A stretch of DNA of 14,704 nucleotides from an uncultured Deinococcales bacterium (lineage in GTDB: Bacteria; Deinococcota; Deinococci; Deinococcales; JAAFIG01): contig CAXTKV010000137.1 of assembly GCA_964244895.1 (NCBI GenBank), positions 1-14,704 of the forward strand, written 5' to 3'. The notes under the pieces were generated by a model, which saw only the letters and a program-made list of their open reading frames with translations, was not told the origin of the DNA and did not search any database. The translations under genes were made by a program, and so were the position numbers. Below, piece by piece: positions 1 through 7,444 of this stretch (positions are counted from its first letter, which is position 1; each line of letters starts with the position of its first letter).

Positions 1-1
1 T

Positions 2-2380
2 GCGTTCACGATCAGTGGCACGCTGAGCTTGAAGTACACCGTCTCACGCACCTGGTTCGAAAACGGCACCGGTGCCGCTCCAGATTTCGACATGGATCGC
101 CTGAACATCGGCTTCCCGTCGTCTGGCGGATCGGCTCCCGCGAACGCGCGCGATTTCGCGGATTTCGGGAATTCTCAGTACCCGGTCAACAACTCTGGCG
201 TCGCGGCCACGGGTCAGGCCTACACCATCGCGGGCGGTTCTGTCGGAACCCCGACGACCCCGACCGGCAACCGTGAGGGTGCAGTTGACGCGAACATCGG
301 CTTGAACTTCACGCTCCGTCCGCGCAACCTGCTCTCCGATCCGGGCAACTTTCCGGCGGGTTCGATCACCATCGGCCTGAAGCTCGACAACGGCGACGAT
401 TACTACACCAACTCGCAGGCCGACACGAGCAAGCTCGCGGGCATCAAGCTCAACCTGACGGGTCTGTCGGCGGCCTTCAAGGTCGGCGCAGCGCCAGCCA
501 TCGTCAACTTCGGCGTCAAGCCGGGGTTCGCCTTCACCAAGTACAGCTTCAACAACGCTGGCGGTCGCGGTGACGGTTTCGTGGCCGACATCGGCGGCGC
601 GGGATTGCCACTGGATGCGGCCCTGTCGGTGGTCTACGGCTCGCGCTCGGACGAGTTCAGCGGCCCGACCCAGACGCTGTTCTCTCGCAGCCTGACGCCG
701 AACGCCGATCCGACCAAGACCGGCACCTACGCCGCGCCGGTGGTCACATTGAACGCCAACGTTCCGAAGTTGACGGTCACGACCGGCGGTCGTCGCGGTA
801 TCACCCGCCTGGATTTCGACACGACCGTTCGCGGCAGGTTCGTCGTGTACTACGACAACAACGTCTCCATGACCTCCCCGACCTTCGATTCGGGAACGGG
901 TCAGAGCTGGTCGTTGCGTTCGGACGCCGCTGCCGGAAACTTCTCCGGTGGTCGCTCCAACACGATCGTGCAGATCGTCTTCGTTCCCAGCCGGGGCATC
1001 ACGGGCGCCAACGGTGACAACTCGTACTTCACCGGTATCAAGGGCACGCTCAGCATCATTCCGGGGCTCACCGGCGGCGTGTACTACGCGATCGAGGGTG
1101 GAGATGTCCTGACCGGCACCGGCCCGAGCACCAACTACGGTCTGTTCGGCGCGGGCAAGCTGTTCGGCCTGATCGATCTCGAGGGCGAGCACAGCATCAG
1201 CTTGAAACCCGCCAGCGCCGCCCAGAACGCCTCGTACATCAAGGCGGGCGTGACCCTGGGGATCTTCTCGGTGGGCGGGAATTACCGCTTCATCGAGAGC
1301 GGCTTCAACCCGATCGGCGACGACGGCAATTACCCGTACAAGACCAACCAGTCGGGCTTCGGCGTCGATGTCGGCCTGAACAACCTCTTCGGCTTTTTGA
1401 CCGTCTCGGGTTACTTCGATTCGCGCACCAAGCTCGGCGGCGCGAACCTGCCGAACGGCCCGAAGCAGCCGACCTGGGGCCGCCCGGATACGGCCACCGG
1501 CGCGACCAACTTCGGTTTCGCAGCCTCGATCAGCGTCATCGGCTTCGCCATCGGTGGCGGTTTCGATTCGATCAGCGAGACCGGCAACGGCTGGACCACG
1601 ACGGCCTTCAACGTCACCGCCAAGCACGACGGCAGCAAACCGACCGCGCTGATCAAGGGGCTCAACCTGGCGCTCGGGTACTACAGCGAAAGCTACGCCG
1701 GGGACGCGGGCAGCATCCAGTACGACCCGGTCACGGGCACGACCAAAACCTTCGCCAGCCCGGTTGCGGCGACCGGTTCGCAGCTTTCCACGCTGGTGGC
1801 CTACGCCGACTTCACGATCGGCGCAGCGGGCTCGTTCCAGATCATTCCGGCAGCCTGGTTCACCAGCGCCAGCTACAACGGTGCCAACAACACCGCCACC
1901 GGCCTGGGCGGCAAGCTGACGGTCAACATTCCGTTCCTGTTCGGCTCGACCCTCGGCCTGGCGGGCGCCTACGACCAGACGAGCTACGGAGCCGGTTCCG
2001 GCACCCTGGGCGGGGTTGCGGGCACGGCCAGCACCACCTGGCTCAGGGCTGGATTGAGCTTCCCCAGCTTCTTCCTGCCGAACTCGACGTTCTCGGTCGC
2101 GGTGGCCTCGCGCACCGACATCAACCGCGACGGCAACGCTTTCGGCCCGAGCTTCGCATCGCCGGACTCGGTCGGGGCTTCGTACTTCTCGCCCTCGAGC
2201 CCCTGGGGTCGCGACGGCACCGGTCGCGGCGGTTCGCTGAGCGGCCTGTACCTGGGCTGGAGCTACTACGGCTTGCAGTTCGGTTACGGCATCTTCAACC
2301 TCGTGCCGTTCTCGGGCTCGAGCGCTGGCAAGAGCACCTGGGGTCAGGAGTTCACCATCGGTTACAGCCTCAAATTCTGA
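2..2380 (+). CDS. slpA: S-layer / outer-membrane beta-barrel protein, SlpA-like (Deinococcus-Thermus type); 5' part lies outside the window
   Basis: The frame is open from position 2 (AFTISGTLSLKY...), so TTG at 29 is not the true start. The protein is Gly/Ser/Thr/Asn/aromatic-rich with many alternating amphipathic beta-strands and ends in the OMP signature ...EFTIGYSLKF (terminal Phe). Codon use is strongly C-ending, as for a highly expressed gene, and a strong terminator follows. The N-terminal SLH/coiled-coil region is not visible. Confidence 0.8.
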   Translation, partial: AFTISGTLSLKYTVSRTWFENGTGAAPDFDMDRLNIGFPSSGGSAPANARDFADFGNSQYPVNNSGVAATGQAYTIAGGSVGTPTTPTGNREGAVDANIGLNFTLRPRNLLSDPGNFPAGSITIGLKLDNGDDYYTNSQADTSKLAGIKLNLTGLSAAFKVGAAPAIVNFGVKPGFAFTKYSFNNAGGRGDGFVADIGGAGLPLDAALSVVYGSRSDEFSGPTQTLFSRSLTPNADPTKTGTYAAPVVTLNANVPKLTVTTGGRRGITRLDFDTTVRGRFVVYYDNNVSMTSPTFDSGTGQSWSLRSDAAAGNFSGGRSNTIVQIVFVPSRGITGANGDNSYFTGIKGTLSIIPGLTGGVYYAIEGGDVLTGTGPSTNYGLFGAGKLFGLIDLEGEHSISLKPASAAQNASYIKAGVTLGIFSVGGNYRFIESGFNPIGDDGNYPYKTNQSGFGVDVGLNNLFGFLTVSGYFDSRTKLGGANLPNGPKQPTWGRPDTATGATNFGFAASISVIGFAIGGGFDSISETGNGWTTTAFNVTAKHDGSKPTALIKGLNLALGYYSESYAGDAGSIQYDPVTGTTKTFASPVAATGSQLSTLVAYADFTIGAAGSFQIIPAAWFTSASYNGANNTATGLGGKLTVNIPFLFGSTLGLAGAYDQTSYGAGSGTLGGVAGTASTTWLRAGLSFPSFFLPNSTFSVAVASRTDINRDGNAFGPSFASPDSVGASYFSPSSPWGRDGTGRGGSLSGLYLGWSYYGLQFGYGIFNLVPFSGSSAGKSTWGQEFTIGYSLKF

Positions 2381-2395
2381 TTTGAGGCGTGCGAG

Positions 2396-2427
2396 GTGCC
2401 GCCGGAGTGATCCGGCGGCACTTTTTT
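2396..2427 (+). terminator. Rho-independent terminator of the S-layer gene
   Basis: Perfect 11-bp stem GTGCCGCCGGA-(GTGA)-TCCGGCGGCAC followed by TTTTTT, 15 nt after the stop codon. Confidence 0.93.
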
Positions 2428-2443
2428 GGCTCGCGCGTTCAGC

Positions 2444-2569
2444 CCAGGAAATACCTTCCTGGACGCCGTTCTCGAGGAGCATCGGGTAGAACCGGAAGCT
2501 CGGGCGAACAGCGGCACCGTCCCGGACGCAGATTCTGATGCTCAAAATACATCGTCCCAGACGATGTTC
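2444..2569. repeat. Cluster of REP-like elements (two reverse copies, one forward copy)
   Basis: CCAGGAAATACCTTCCTGGACGC (2444-2466), CACCGTCCCGGACGC (2515-2529) and CGTCCCAGACGATGTTC (2553-2569) match the window-wide consensus GCGTCCWGGACGGTGTTCTCGAG or its reverse complement. Confidence 0.65.
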
Positions 2570-2648
2570 GTGGTGGCCGAGATGCGACTGGGAGCGTGCG
2601 ACACGCGGTTTCTCGAGGCTCGAACCTCGGGTATCGCGAGACATGCGG

Positions 2649-2654
2649 TATCCT
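2649..2654 (+). promoter_or_regulatory. -10 box (TATCCT) of a probable leaderless ruvC transcript
   Basis: TANNNT hexamer, then exactly 6 nt, then GTG at 2661; no SD sequence. Confidence 0.65.
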
Positions 2655-2660
2655 CAGTCC

Positions 2661-3164
2661 GTGATCGTCGTCGGCGTTGACCCCGGATTGGCGAACCTCG
2701 GCATCGGCGTGGTGCGCGAGGAAGGCAAGACGCCGCGCTTCGTGGCCAGCGAACTGGTGCGCACCTCATCGGAGATGAGCACGCCCGAACGCCTGATGAT
2801 GATCCACCGCGCGCTCCAGAGCGCGCTCGAGGTTCATCAGCCCGAAGCGCTCGCGATCGAATCGCAGTTTTTTCACCAGCAACCCGGCACGGCCTTCAAG
2901 GTCGGCGAGGCCGTCGGCGTGGTGCTGCTGGCCTGTGCGCAGCACCGCATTCCGGTCTTCGAGTACGGCCCGATGGAGGTCAAGCAGGCGCTCGTCGGCA
3001 CGGGCGGCGCGAGCAAGGAACAGGTGATTTTCATGGTGCGCGCGACCCTGGCGTTGACCAAAAACCCGGAATCCACGCACGCGGCGGACGCGCTCGGGCT
3101 GGCCCTGACGCACCTGGCGAGCCGCCGCGTGCGCGAGGCGGGACAGCTTCTGAGGCGGGCGTGA
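2661..3164 (+). CDS. ruvC: Crossover junction endodeoxyribonuclease RuvC
   Basis: Motifs (M)IVVGVDPGLANLG, ERL..I, AIESQFF, EYGPMEVKQALVGTGGASKEQV and HAADALGLALTH. Start placed at GTG 2661 because of family length and the -10 box spacing; ATG 2643 is an alternative. Confidence 0.95.
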   Translation: MIVVGVDPGLANLGIGVVREEGKTPRFVASELVRTSSEMSTPERLMMIHRALQSALEVHQPEALAIESQFFHQQPGTAFKVGEAVGVVLLACAQHRIPVFEYGPMEVKQALVGTGGASKEQVIFMVRATLALTKNPESTHAADALGLALTHLASRRVREAGQLLRRA

Positions 3165-3210
3165 AAGACAGTCAGGGATCGACCAGACTGGTATCACTCA
3201 AACGTTGTAC

Positions 3211-3264
3211 CTCGAGAACACCGTCTGGAACGGCATTCCCAGGAATACGCGCTGAACGGTATTC
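3211..3264. repeat. REP-like inverted pair (second copy degenerate)
   Basis: CTCGAGAACACCGTCTGGAACGGC (3211-3234, reverse copy) and ACGCGCTGAACGGTATTC (3247-3264, degenerate forward copy). Confidence 0.6.
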
Positions 3265-3276
3265 ATCGGGGAACGC

Positions 3277-3999
3277 GTGAACGCCGCCGTGATCGTCGGG
3301 CTGGCGTTCGCACCGGCGCTCTTCTGGTTCTGGTTTTTCGCGCGGCGCGACCGCAACCCGGAACCGGCGGGATTGCTGCTGCGCACGTTCCTGTGGGGCG
3401 CACTGATGGTCATTCCGGCGGGCTTACTGCAGGTTTTTCTCGAATCCATCGGATCGAGCGCTTTCGGCGCGGGCATCGGCGCGGGCCTGCTGCTGTTGGT
3501 GGTCGGGCCCATCGAGGAAGTCTCGAAGTTCATCGCGGCCCAGAGCATCGCCAAGAACAAAGCCTTCGACGAGCCCATTGACGGCTTGATTTACGCGACC
3601 GCCGCCGCGTTGGGTTTCGCGACGCTGGAAAACGCGCTCTACATGTTCCAGAATGGCGCGAGCATCATCTTGATTCGCGGGCCGATCAGCACGCTCGGGC
3701 ACATCCTGTTCGCGCTGCCGTGGGGATACGCGATGTCGCTCAAACGCTTCCGTGGAGGCCACTGGGTGCTGCGGCGCGGCCTGCTGCTGGGCGCTTTGCT
3801 GCACGGGCTTTTTGACGTGTTCCTGATCGGCAGCGGCACGACCGGCTTCGAATGGTTGCTCTTGCCGTTCATCCCGTTGATGATCGTGATGTGGCGCTTG
3901 GCCAACCAGTATTACGCGCGCACCAAGGACGGTTTCGCGCCCGAAGTGCGCACGGTTGCGCTCGAGCATCGGGACGCGACCGAGGGCGTCTCGGGTTGA
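3277..3999 (+). CDS. PrsW-family intramembrane glutamic protease
   Basis: Multi-pass hydrophobic protein with the PrsW motifs DRNPEP, GPIEEVSK (EExxK), FDEPIDGLIY, GFATLEN, GH and HGLFD. Confidence 0.9.
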   Translation: MNAAVIVGLAFAPALFWFWFFARRDRNPEPAGLLLRTFLWGALMVIPAGLLQVFLESIGSSAFGAGIGAGLLLLVVGPIEEVSKFIAAQSIAKNKAFDEPIDGLIYATAAALGFATLENALYMFQNGASIILIRGPISTLGHILFALPWGYAMSLKRFRGGHWVLRRGLLLGALLHGLFDVFLIGSGTTGFEWLLLPFIPLMIVMWRLANQYYARTKDGFAPEVRTVALEHRDATEGVSG

Positions 4000-4065
4000 G
4001 GGACAGAGGGAAACTCGAGACCCACGATTTTTGCCGCAGCCGATGAATCGAACTCGAGCACACGA

Positions 4066-4133
4066 CTCGAGAAGACCATCCCGCACACGAATTCTCGAGA
4101 TCAGAAATAAGCGTCCAGGACGGTGTTCCTGGG
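4066..4133. repeat. REP-like inverted pair
   Basis: CTCGAGAAGACCATCCCGCACACG (4066-4089, degenerate reverse copy) and GCGTCCAGGACGGTGTTCCTGGG (4111-4133, forward copy). Confidence 0.65.
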
Positions 4134-4187
4134 GCTCAAACGATTCAATAAGCCGTTTGTCGGATGGCTCCGGGAATCAAACGGCGC

Positions 4188-4330
4188 TATGCTCCAGGCA
4201 CCGACTCGAGTTCCTCGACGGCCACGACCGCCCTCGCTGAAAGGCTCATCGCTTGACCCGCCGCCGCTAAACCCAACTGACCCGAGTAGCCCCGATTGAC
4301 GGGGCGGTTTCTCTCGAGCATTGGAGGTTT
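4188..4330 (+). promoter_or_regulatory. Candidate promoter/attenuator leader of the ABC-F gene (possible 36-aa uORF at 4189-4299)
   Basis: TATGCT hexamer at 4188-4193. Hairpin GCCCCG-ATTGA-CGGGGC (4289-4305) followed by GGTTTCTCT. GACCGCCCTCG (4226-4236) could alternatively pair with 4300-4309. SD GGAGG at 4323-4327. Confidence 0.4.
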
Positions 4331-4334
4331 TGCG

Positions 4335-5939
4335 GTGAGCTTGTTGTTGAAGCGCGCGACCAGACGGTTCGCGGACAACCTGATTTTTGAAGACATCGCC
4401 CTGGAATTGCACCCCGGCGAACGCGTCGGTTTGCTGGGGCGCAATGGCAGCGGCAAGACGACCCTGATGCGCGCGCTGGCTGGCCTGGACGCGCTGGACG
4501 CGGGCAGCCTCGTGCGCGTGGGTCGGGTCGCGTACCTGGCGCAGCGCGGCGATCTGGACGCTGGGCGCTTGCGCGAGGTCGCGCTGCCCGAATCGTGGCG
4601 GGTGTTGAAAGCGCAACTCGAGGCGGCGCAACTCGCGTTGGCTCAACCCACGCCGGAACACCTGGAAGATTACGCCGTGGCCGAAGAGGATTTCCGCGCG
4701 TCGGGCGGGTACGAACTCGAGGCCAGGGCCGAAGAAATTCTGGCCGGGTTGGGGCTGGACGGTGGGCGCTCAAGCGACGCGCTCTCCGGCGGGCAATCGC
4801 GGCGGGCGCTGCTGGCGCGCTTGCTGATCGAGCCCGCCGATTTTTACTTGCTGGACGAACCAACCAACCACCTCGATCTGGAAAGCGCGCTCTGGCTCGA
4901 GGCGTGGGTCAAGGCGAGCGGCGCTGGTTTCCTGATCGTCTCGCACGACCGCGCGTTTCTGGACGCGACCGTGACGCGCTGTTACGAACTCGAACGGCAC
5001 GCATTGAACGAGTATCCGGGCAATTATTCGGCGGCCATGCGAGAAAAACAAAGCCGCCTCGAGGCCGCCACGATCGCCTTCCAGCAGCACGAACGCAAGG
5101 TGCGCCAGCTCGAGGAACAGGCGCAACTGGCCGCCCAGCAAGCCTCCAGAGCCGAGAACAAACACCGCGCGGGCAACCGCGACAAGACCACCGCCAGCCA
5201 CCTGATGAACCGCTCCACCCACAAGCAGGGCAGGCGCGCGTTGGCGCTCGAGAGGCGCATCGAGCACCTGGGCGAGAAAGAAAAACCGTACACGGATCGG
5301 TTCATGACCCGCATCAAGCTCGAGCGCGTCGATCACGGCCCGAACGAGGTGCTGACCCTGCGGGATGTTTCGCTCGAGCGCAACGCTCGAACGGTTCTGG
5401 ATGGCGTTTCGTTTCACATCCGTCGCGGCGAGCGCGTCGCGCTGATCGGGCCGAACGGTGGCGGCAAAAGTACCTTGCTGGCGGGCATCCTGGGCCACAT
5501 CTCGAGCGTTGGAACCGTTCAAAAGGGCGTGGGTCTGAGCATCTACTGGGCGGGGCAGAACACCGAAGAACTGGATGCGTTCACCAGCCTGGAGGGCGCG
5601 CTGCTGGGTGCGAACCCGGATCTTCAAACCCGTGAAATCTACGCGCTGCTGGCCGGGCTGGGCTTGCCGAAAGAACCATCCAGGCCGATCACCAACCTGT
5701 CCGGCGGTCAGCGCACGCGTTTGTCGCTGGCGCGGCTGAGCGTGACCTCGGCGCACCTGCTGGTGCTGGACGAACCGACCAACAACCTGGACGTGGACGC
5801 CATCGAAGCCCTGGAAACATTGTTGCTGGATTACCCCGGAACGGTGCTGTTCGCTTCCCACGACCGGCGTTTGATCGAAACTGTTGCCACCCGCACGCTC
5901 GAGGTTCGGGGCGGTCGCGCGCTGGAGATCGAGGTTTGA
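4335..5939 (+). CDS. ABC-F family ATPase (ribosome-associated; possibly of the antibiotic-resistance/ARE type)
   Basis: Two NBDs and no TM segments: GRNGSGKT/LSGGQ/LLDEPTNHLD/SHDR and GPNGGGKS/LSGGQ/VLDEPTNNLD/SHDR, joined by a YPGNY...EKP helical linker. GTG 4335 lies 7 nt after GGAGG and is preferred over TTG 4296. Confidence 0.93.
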   Translation: MSLLLKRATRRFADNLIFEDIALELHPGERVGLLGRNGSGKTTLMRALAGLDALDAGSLVRVGRVAYLAQRGDLDAGRLREVALPESWRVLKAQLEAAQLALAQPTPEHLEDYAVAEEDFRASGGYELEARAEEILAGLGLDGGRSSDALSGGQSRRALLARLLIEPADFYLLDEPTNHLDLESALWLEAWVKASGAGFLIVSHDRAFLDATVTRCYELERHALNEYPGNYSAAMREKQSRLEAATIAFQQHERKVRQLEEQAQLAAQQASRAENKHRAGNRDKTTASHLMNRSTHKQGRRALALERRIEHLGEKEKPYTDRFMTRIKLERVDHGPNEVLTLRDVSLERNARTVLDGVSFHIRRGERVALIGPNGGGKSTLLAGILGHISSVGTVQKGVGLSIYWAGQNTEELDAFTSLEGALLGANPDLQTREIYALLAGLGLPKEPSRPITNLSGGQRTRLSLARLSVTSAHLLVLDEPTNNLDVDAIEALETLLLDYPGTVLFASHDRRLIETVATRTLEVRGGRALEIEV

Positions 5940-5943
5940 GATC

Positions 5944-6009
5944 CGGGAAAACCGTCCTGGACGCATTTTCTCGAGGTGATCAATTCGCGTGCTGGACGGT
6001 CTTCTCGAG
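5944..6009. repeat. REP-like inverted pair directly after the ABC-F stop
   Basis: CGGGAAAACCGTCCTGGACGC (5944-5964) is complementary at 17/21 positions to GCGTGCTGGACGGTCTTCTCG (5987-6007). Confidence 0.75.
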
Positions 6010-6182
6010 CAGATCGCGGCGTTTTAGCACGAGGTCGCCCGTAGGGGCACGTCACAGACTTGCCCTCGAGACGCGCCCGAGGCGTATCCGAAGGCTCGAG
6101 ACGATCCGAGGCTGCCTTGAGCTTTTCTTTAATCAACCCATTTTTGGGTCGTCGGGGACTATGCACCCGTGTTCGCGTGCCC

Positions 6183-6188
6183 TAACGT
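6183..6188 (+). promoter_or_regulatory. -10 box (TAACGT) of a probable leaderless AAA+ ATPase transcript
   Basis: TANNNT, 6 nt, then GTG at 6195; no SD sequence. Confidence 0.6.
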
Positions 6189-6194
6189 GATTTT

Positions 6195-7196
6195 GTGACC
6201 CCAAGCGCACTCAGTGAGTACCTCACCCAACTGGTGAGCCACAAGATCAAGATTTCCACCATGCTGTGGGGGCCTCCGGGCGTCGGCAAGTCCAGCATCG
6301 TGGCGCAGACCGCCAGGCAGCACGACCTGGAATTCGTGGACGTGCGCCTCAGCCAGCTCGCGCCGACGGATTTGCGCGGCCTGCCAGTGCCGGAAAACGG
6401 GGTTAGCAAGTGGTTCCCGCCGGAGTTCTTGCCCAAAGGTGGACAGGGAATTCTTTTTCTGGACGAACTGAACATGGCTCCGCCGACCATGCAGGGCATG
6501 GCGCAGCAGTTGATTCTGGATCGCAAGGTCGGGTCTTACACGCTGCCGGAAGGCTGGTTCATCTGGGCAGCGGGCAACCGCAAAGAAGACCGCGCCGCCG
6601 TGTTCGACATGCCCGCGCCGTTGGCGAACCGCTTCTTGCACCTGGAAGTCGAACCCGACCTGGAGAGCTTCAAGGCCTACGCCTTCGCAGCGGGCTTGCA
6701 CGAGCGCATCCTGGCGTTCCTGGCGTTCCGACCGTCCTTGTTGCACGCGGTGGACACCAAGCACCCGGCCTGGCCGAGCCCGAGAAGCTGGGAGATGGCC
6801 AGTACGCTTCTAAAGGCTGGGCTCGAGATTGCGCCCGTGATCGGCGCGGGAACCAGCGCGGAATTCGATGCGTTCGTCAAGGTCTACGAGGTGCTGCCGG
6901 AACTCGAGCCGATTTTGTCGGGTCGGGCGCTGGATCGGGCCTTCCCGGACGAACCGAGCGCGCGTTACGCGATCACGATGGGCTTGACCTTGCGCGCCGA
7001 GGATGCGACGCAAGCCCTGAACGCCTTCCGCTGGCTGGCGGACGTGGCCTCGCCGGAATGGGTGCAGCTTTTCGCCGCCGATCTGTTCGGACGGATGCGC
7101 ACCAAAGGGCAGATGGGCGTGCTGGCGGAACTCGTCGGGCAGGACGCGCGCTTGCAGGAATTCCTGCGCGAGTACCGGCAGCTCGTGGGGCTCTGA
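6195..7196 (+). CDS. MoxR-like AAA+ ATPase (type associated with DUF2201 vWA proteins)
   Basis: Walker A WGPPGVGKS, VDVRLSQLAPTDLRGLP, Walker B ILFLDELN, sensor I AAGN, arginine finger PLANRF and sensor-II-like PSPRSWE. Confidence 0.92.
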   Translation: MTPSALSEYLTQLVSHKIKISTMLWGPPGVGKSSIVAQTARQHDLEFVDVRLSQLAPTDLRGLPVPENGVSKWFPPEFLPKGGQGILFLDELNMAPPTMQGMAQQLILDRKVGSYTLPEGWFIWAAGNRKEDRAAVFDMPAPLANRFLHLEVEPDLESFKAYAFAAGLHERILAFLAFRPSLLHAVDTKHPAWPSPRSWEMASTLLKAGLEIAPVIGAGTSAEFDAFVKVYEVLPELEPILSGRALDRAFPDEPSARYAITMGLTLRAEDATQALNAFRWLADVASPEWVQLFAADLFGRMRTKGQMGVLAELVGQDARLQEFLREYRQLVGL

Positions 7197-7248
7197 GTTG
7201 GTCAGGGATCAGAAGCCCTCGGAAACCGGACGCTCGAGATCGCGTATT

Positions 7249-7316
7249 TCGGGAAGACCGTTCAGGATTGCCTTTTTTGAATTCGCAGGGATGCCGTCCT
7301 GGACGGTGTTCTCGAG
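7249..7316. repeat. REP-like inverted pair between the AAA+ and repeat-protein genes
   Basis: TCGGGAAGACCGTTCAGGATTGC (7249-7271) versus GCCGTCCTGGACGGTGTTCTCGA (7293-7315): 18/23 complementary. The second copy contains the perfect core palindrome CCGTCC-T-GGACGG. Confidence 0.75.
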
Positions 7317-7335
7317 CCCTGTACCCGATCAGACG

Positions 7336-7417
7336 CACCGCGCGTCGAGGGTGCACGCTCACCGCGGATCGAGGATGCACGCTCACCGCGGATCGAGGAT
7401 GCACGCTCACCGCGCGT
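7336..7417 (+). repeat. 24-bp tandem repeat, 3 copies plus a partial copy
   Basis: Unit CACCGCGGATCGAGGATGCACGCT is exact at 7360-7383 and 7384-7407, variant at 7336-7359, and partial from 7408. There are no spacers. Confidence 0.92.
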
Positions 7418-7432
7418 TCAAGCCGAGAGGAG

Positions 7433-7438
7433 TAGCGT
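7433..7438 (+). promoter_or_regulatory. -10 box (TAGCGT) of a probable leaderless transcript of the HEAT/LRV gene
   Basis: TANNNT, 6 nt, then ATG at 7445. A GAGGAG at 7427-7432 could alternatively act as a somewhat distant SD. Confidence 0.5.
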
Positions 7439-7444
7439 AAACCC

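Noticed and set aside
44..2644. 866-aa ORF on the minus strand
   Set aside because: Antisense shadow of the S-layer gene caused by its strong codon bias. It has no recognisable motifs and runs through the terminator.
2661..3164. RuvC-fold protein as a TnpB/Cas12 or transposase nuclease
   Set aside because: Its length and motifs are those of the canonical stand-alone Holliday junction resolvase.
6065..6112. Imperfect direct repeat CTCGAGACG...CCGAGGC (two copies)
   Set aside because: Short and largely explained by the general CTCGAG enrichment; not enough to call an element or att site.
7336..7417. Possible mini CRISPR array
   Set aside because: The repeats are directly adjacent with no unique spacers and no cas genes are present, so this is a tandem repeat.
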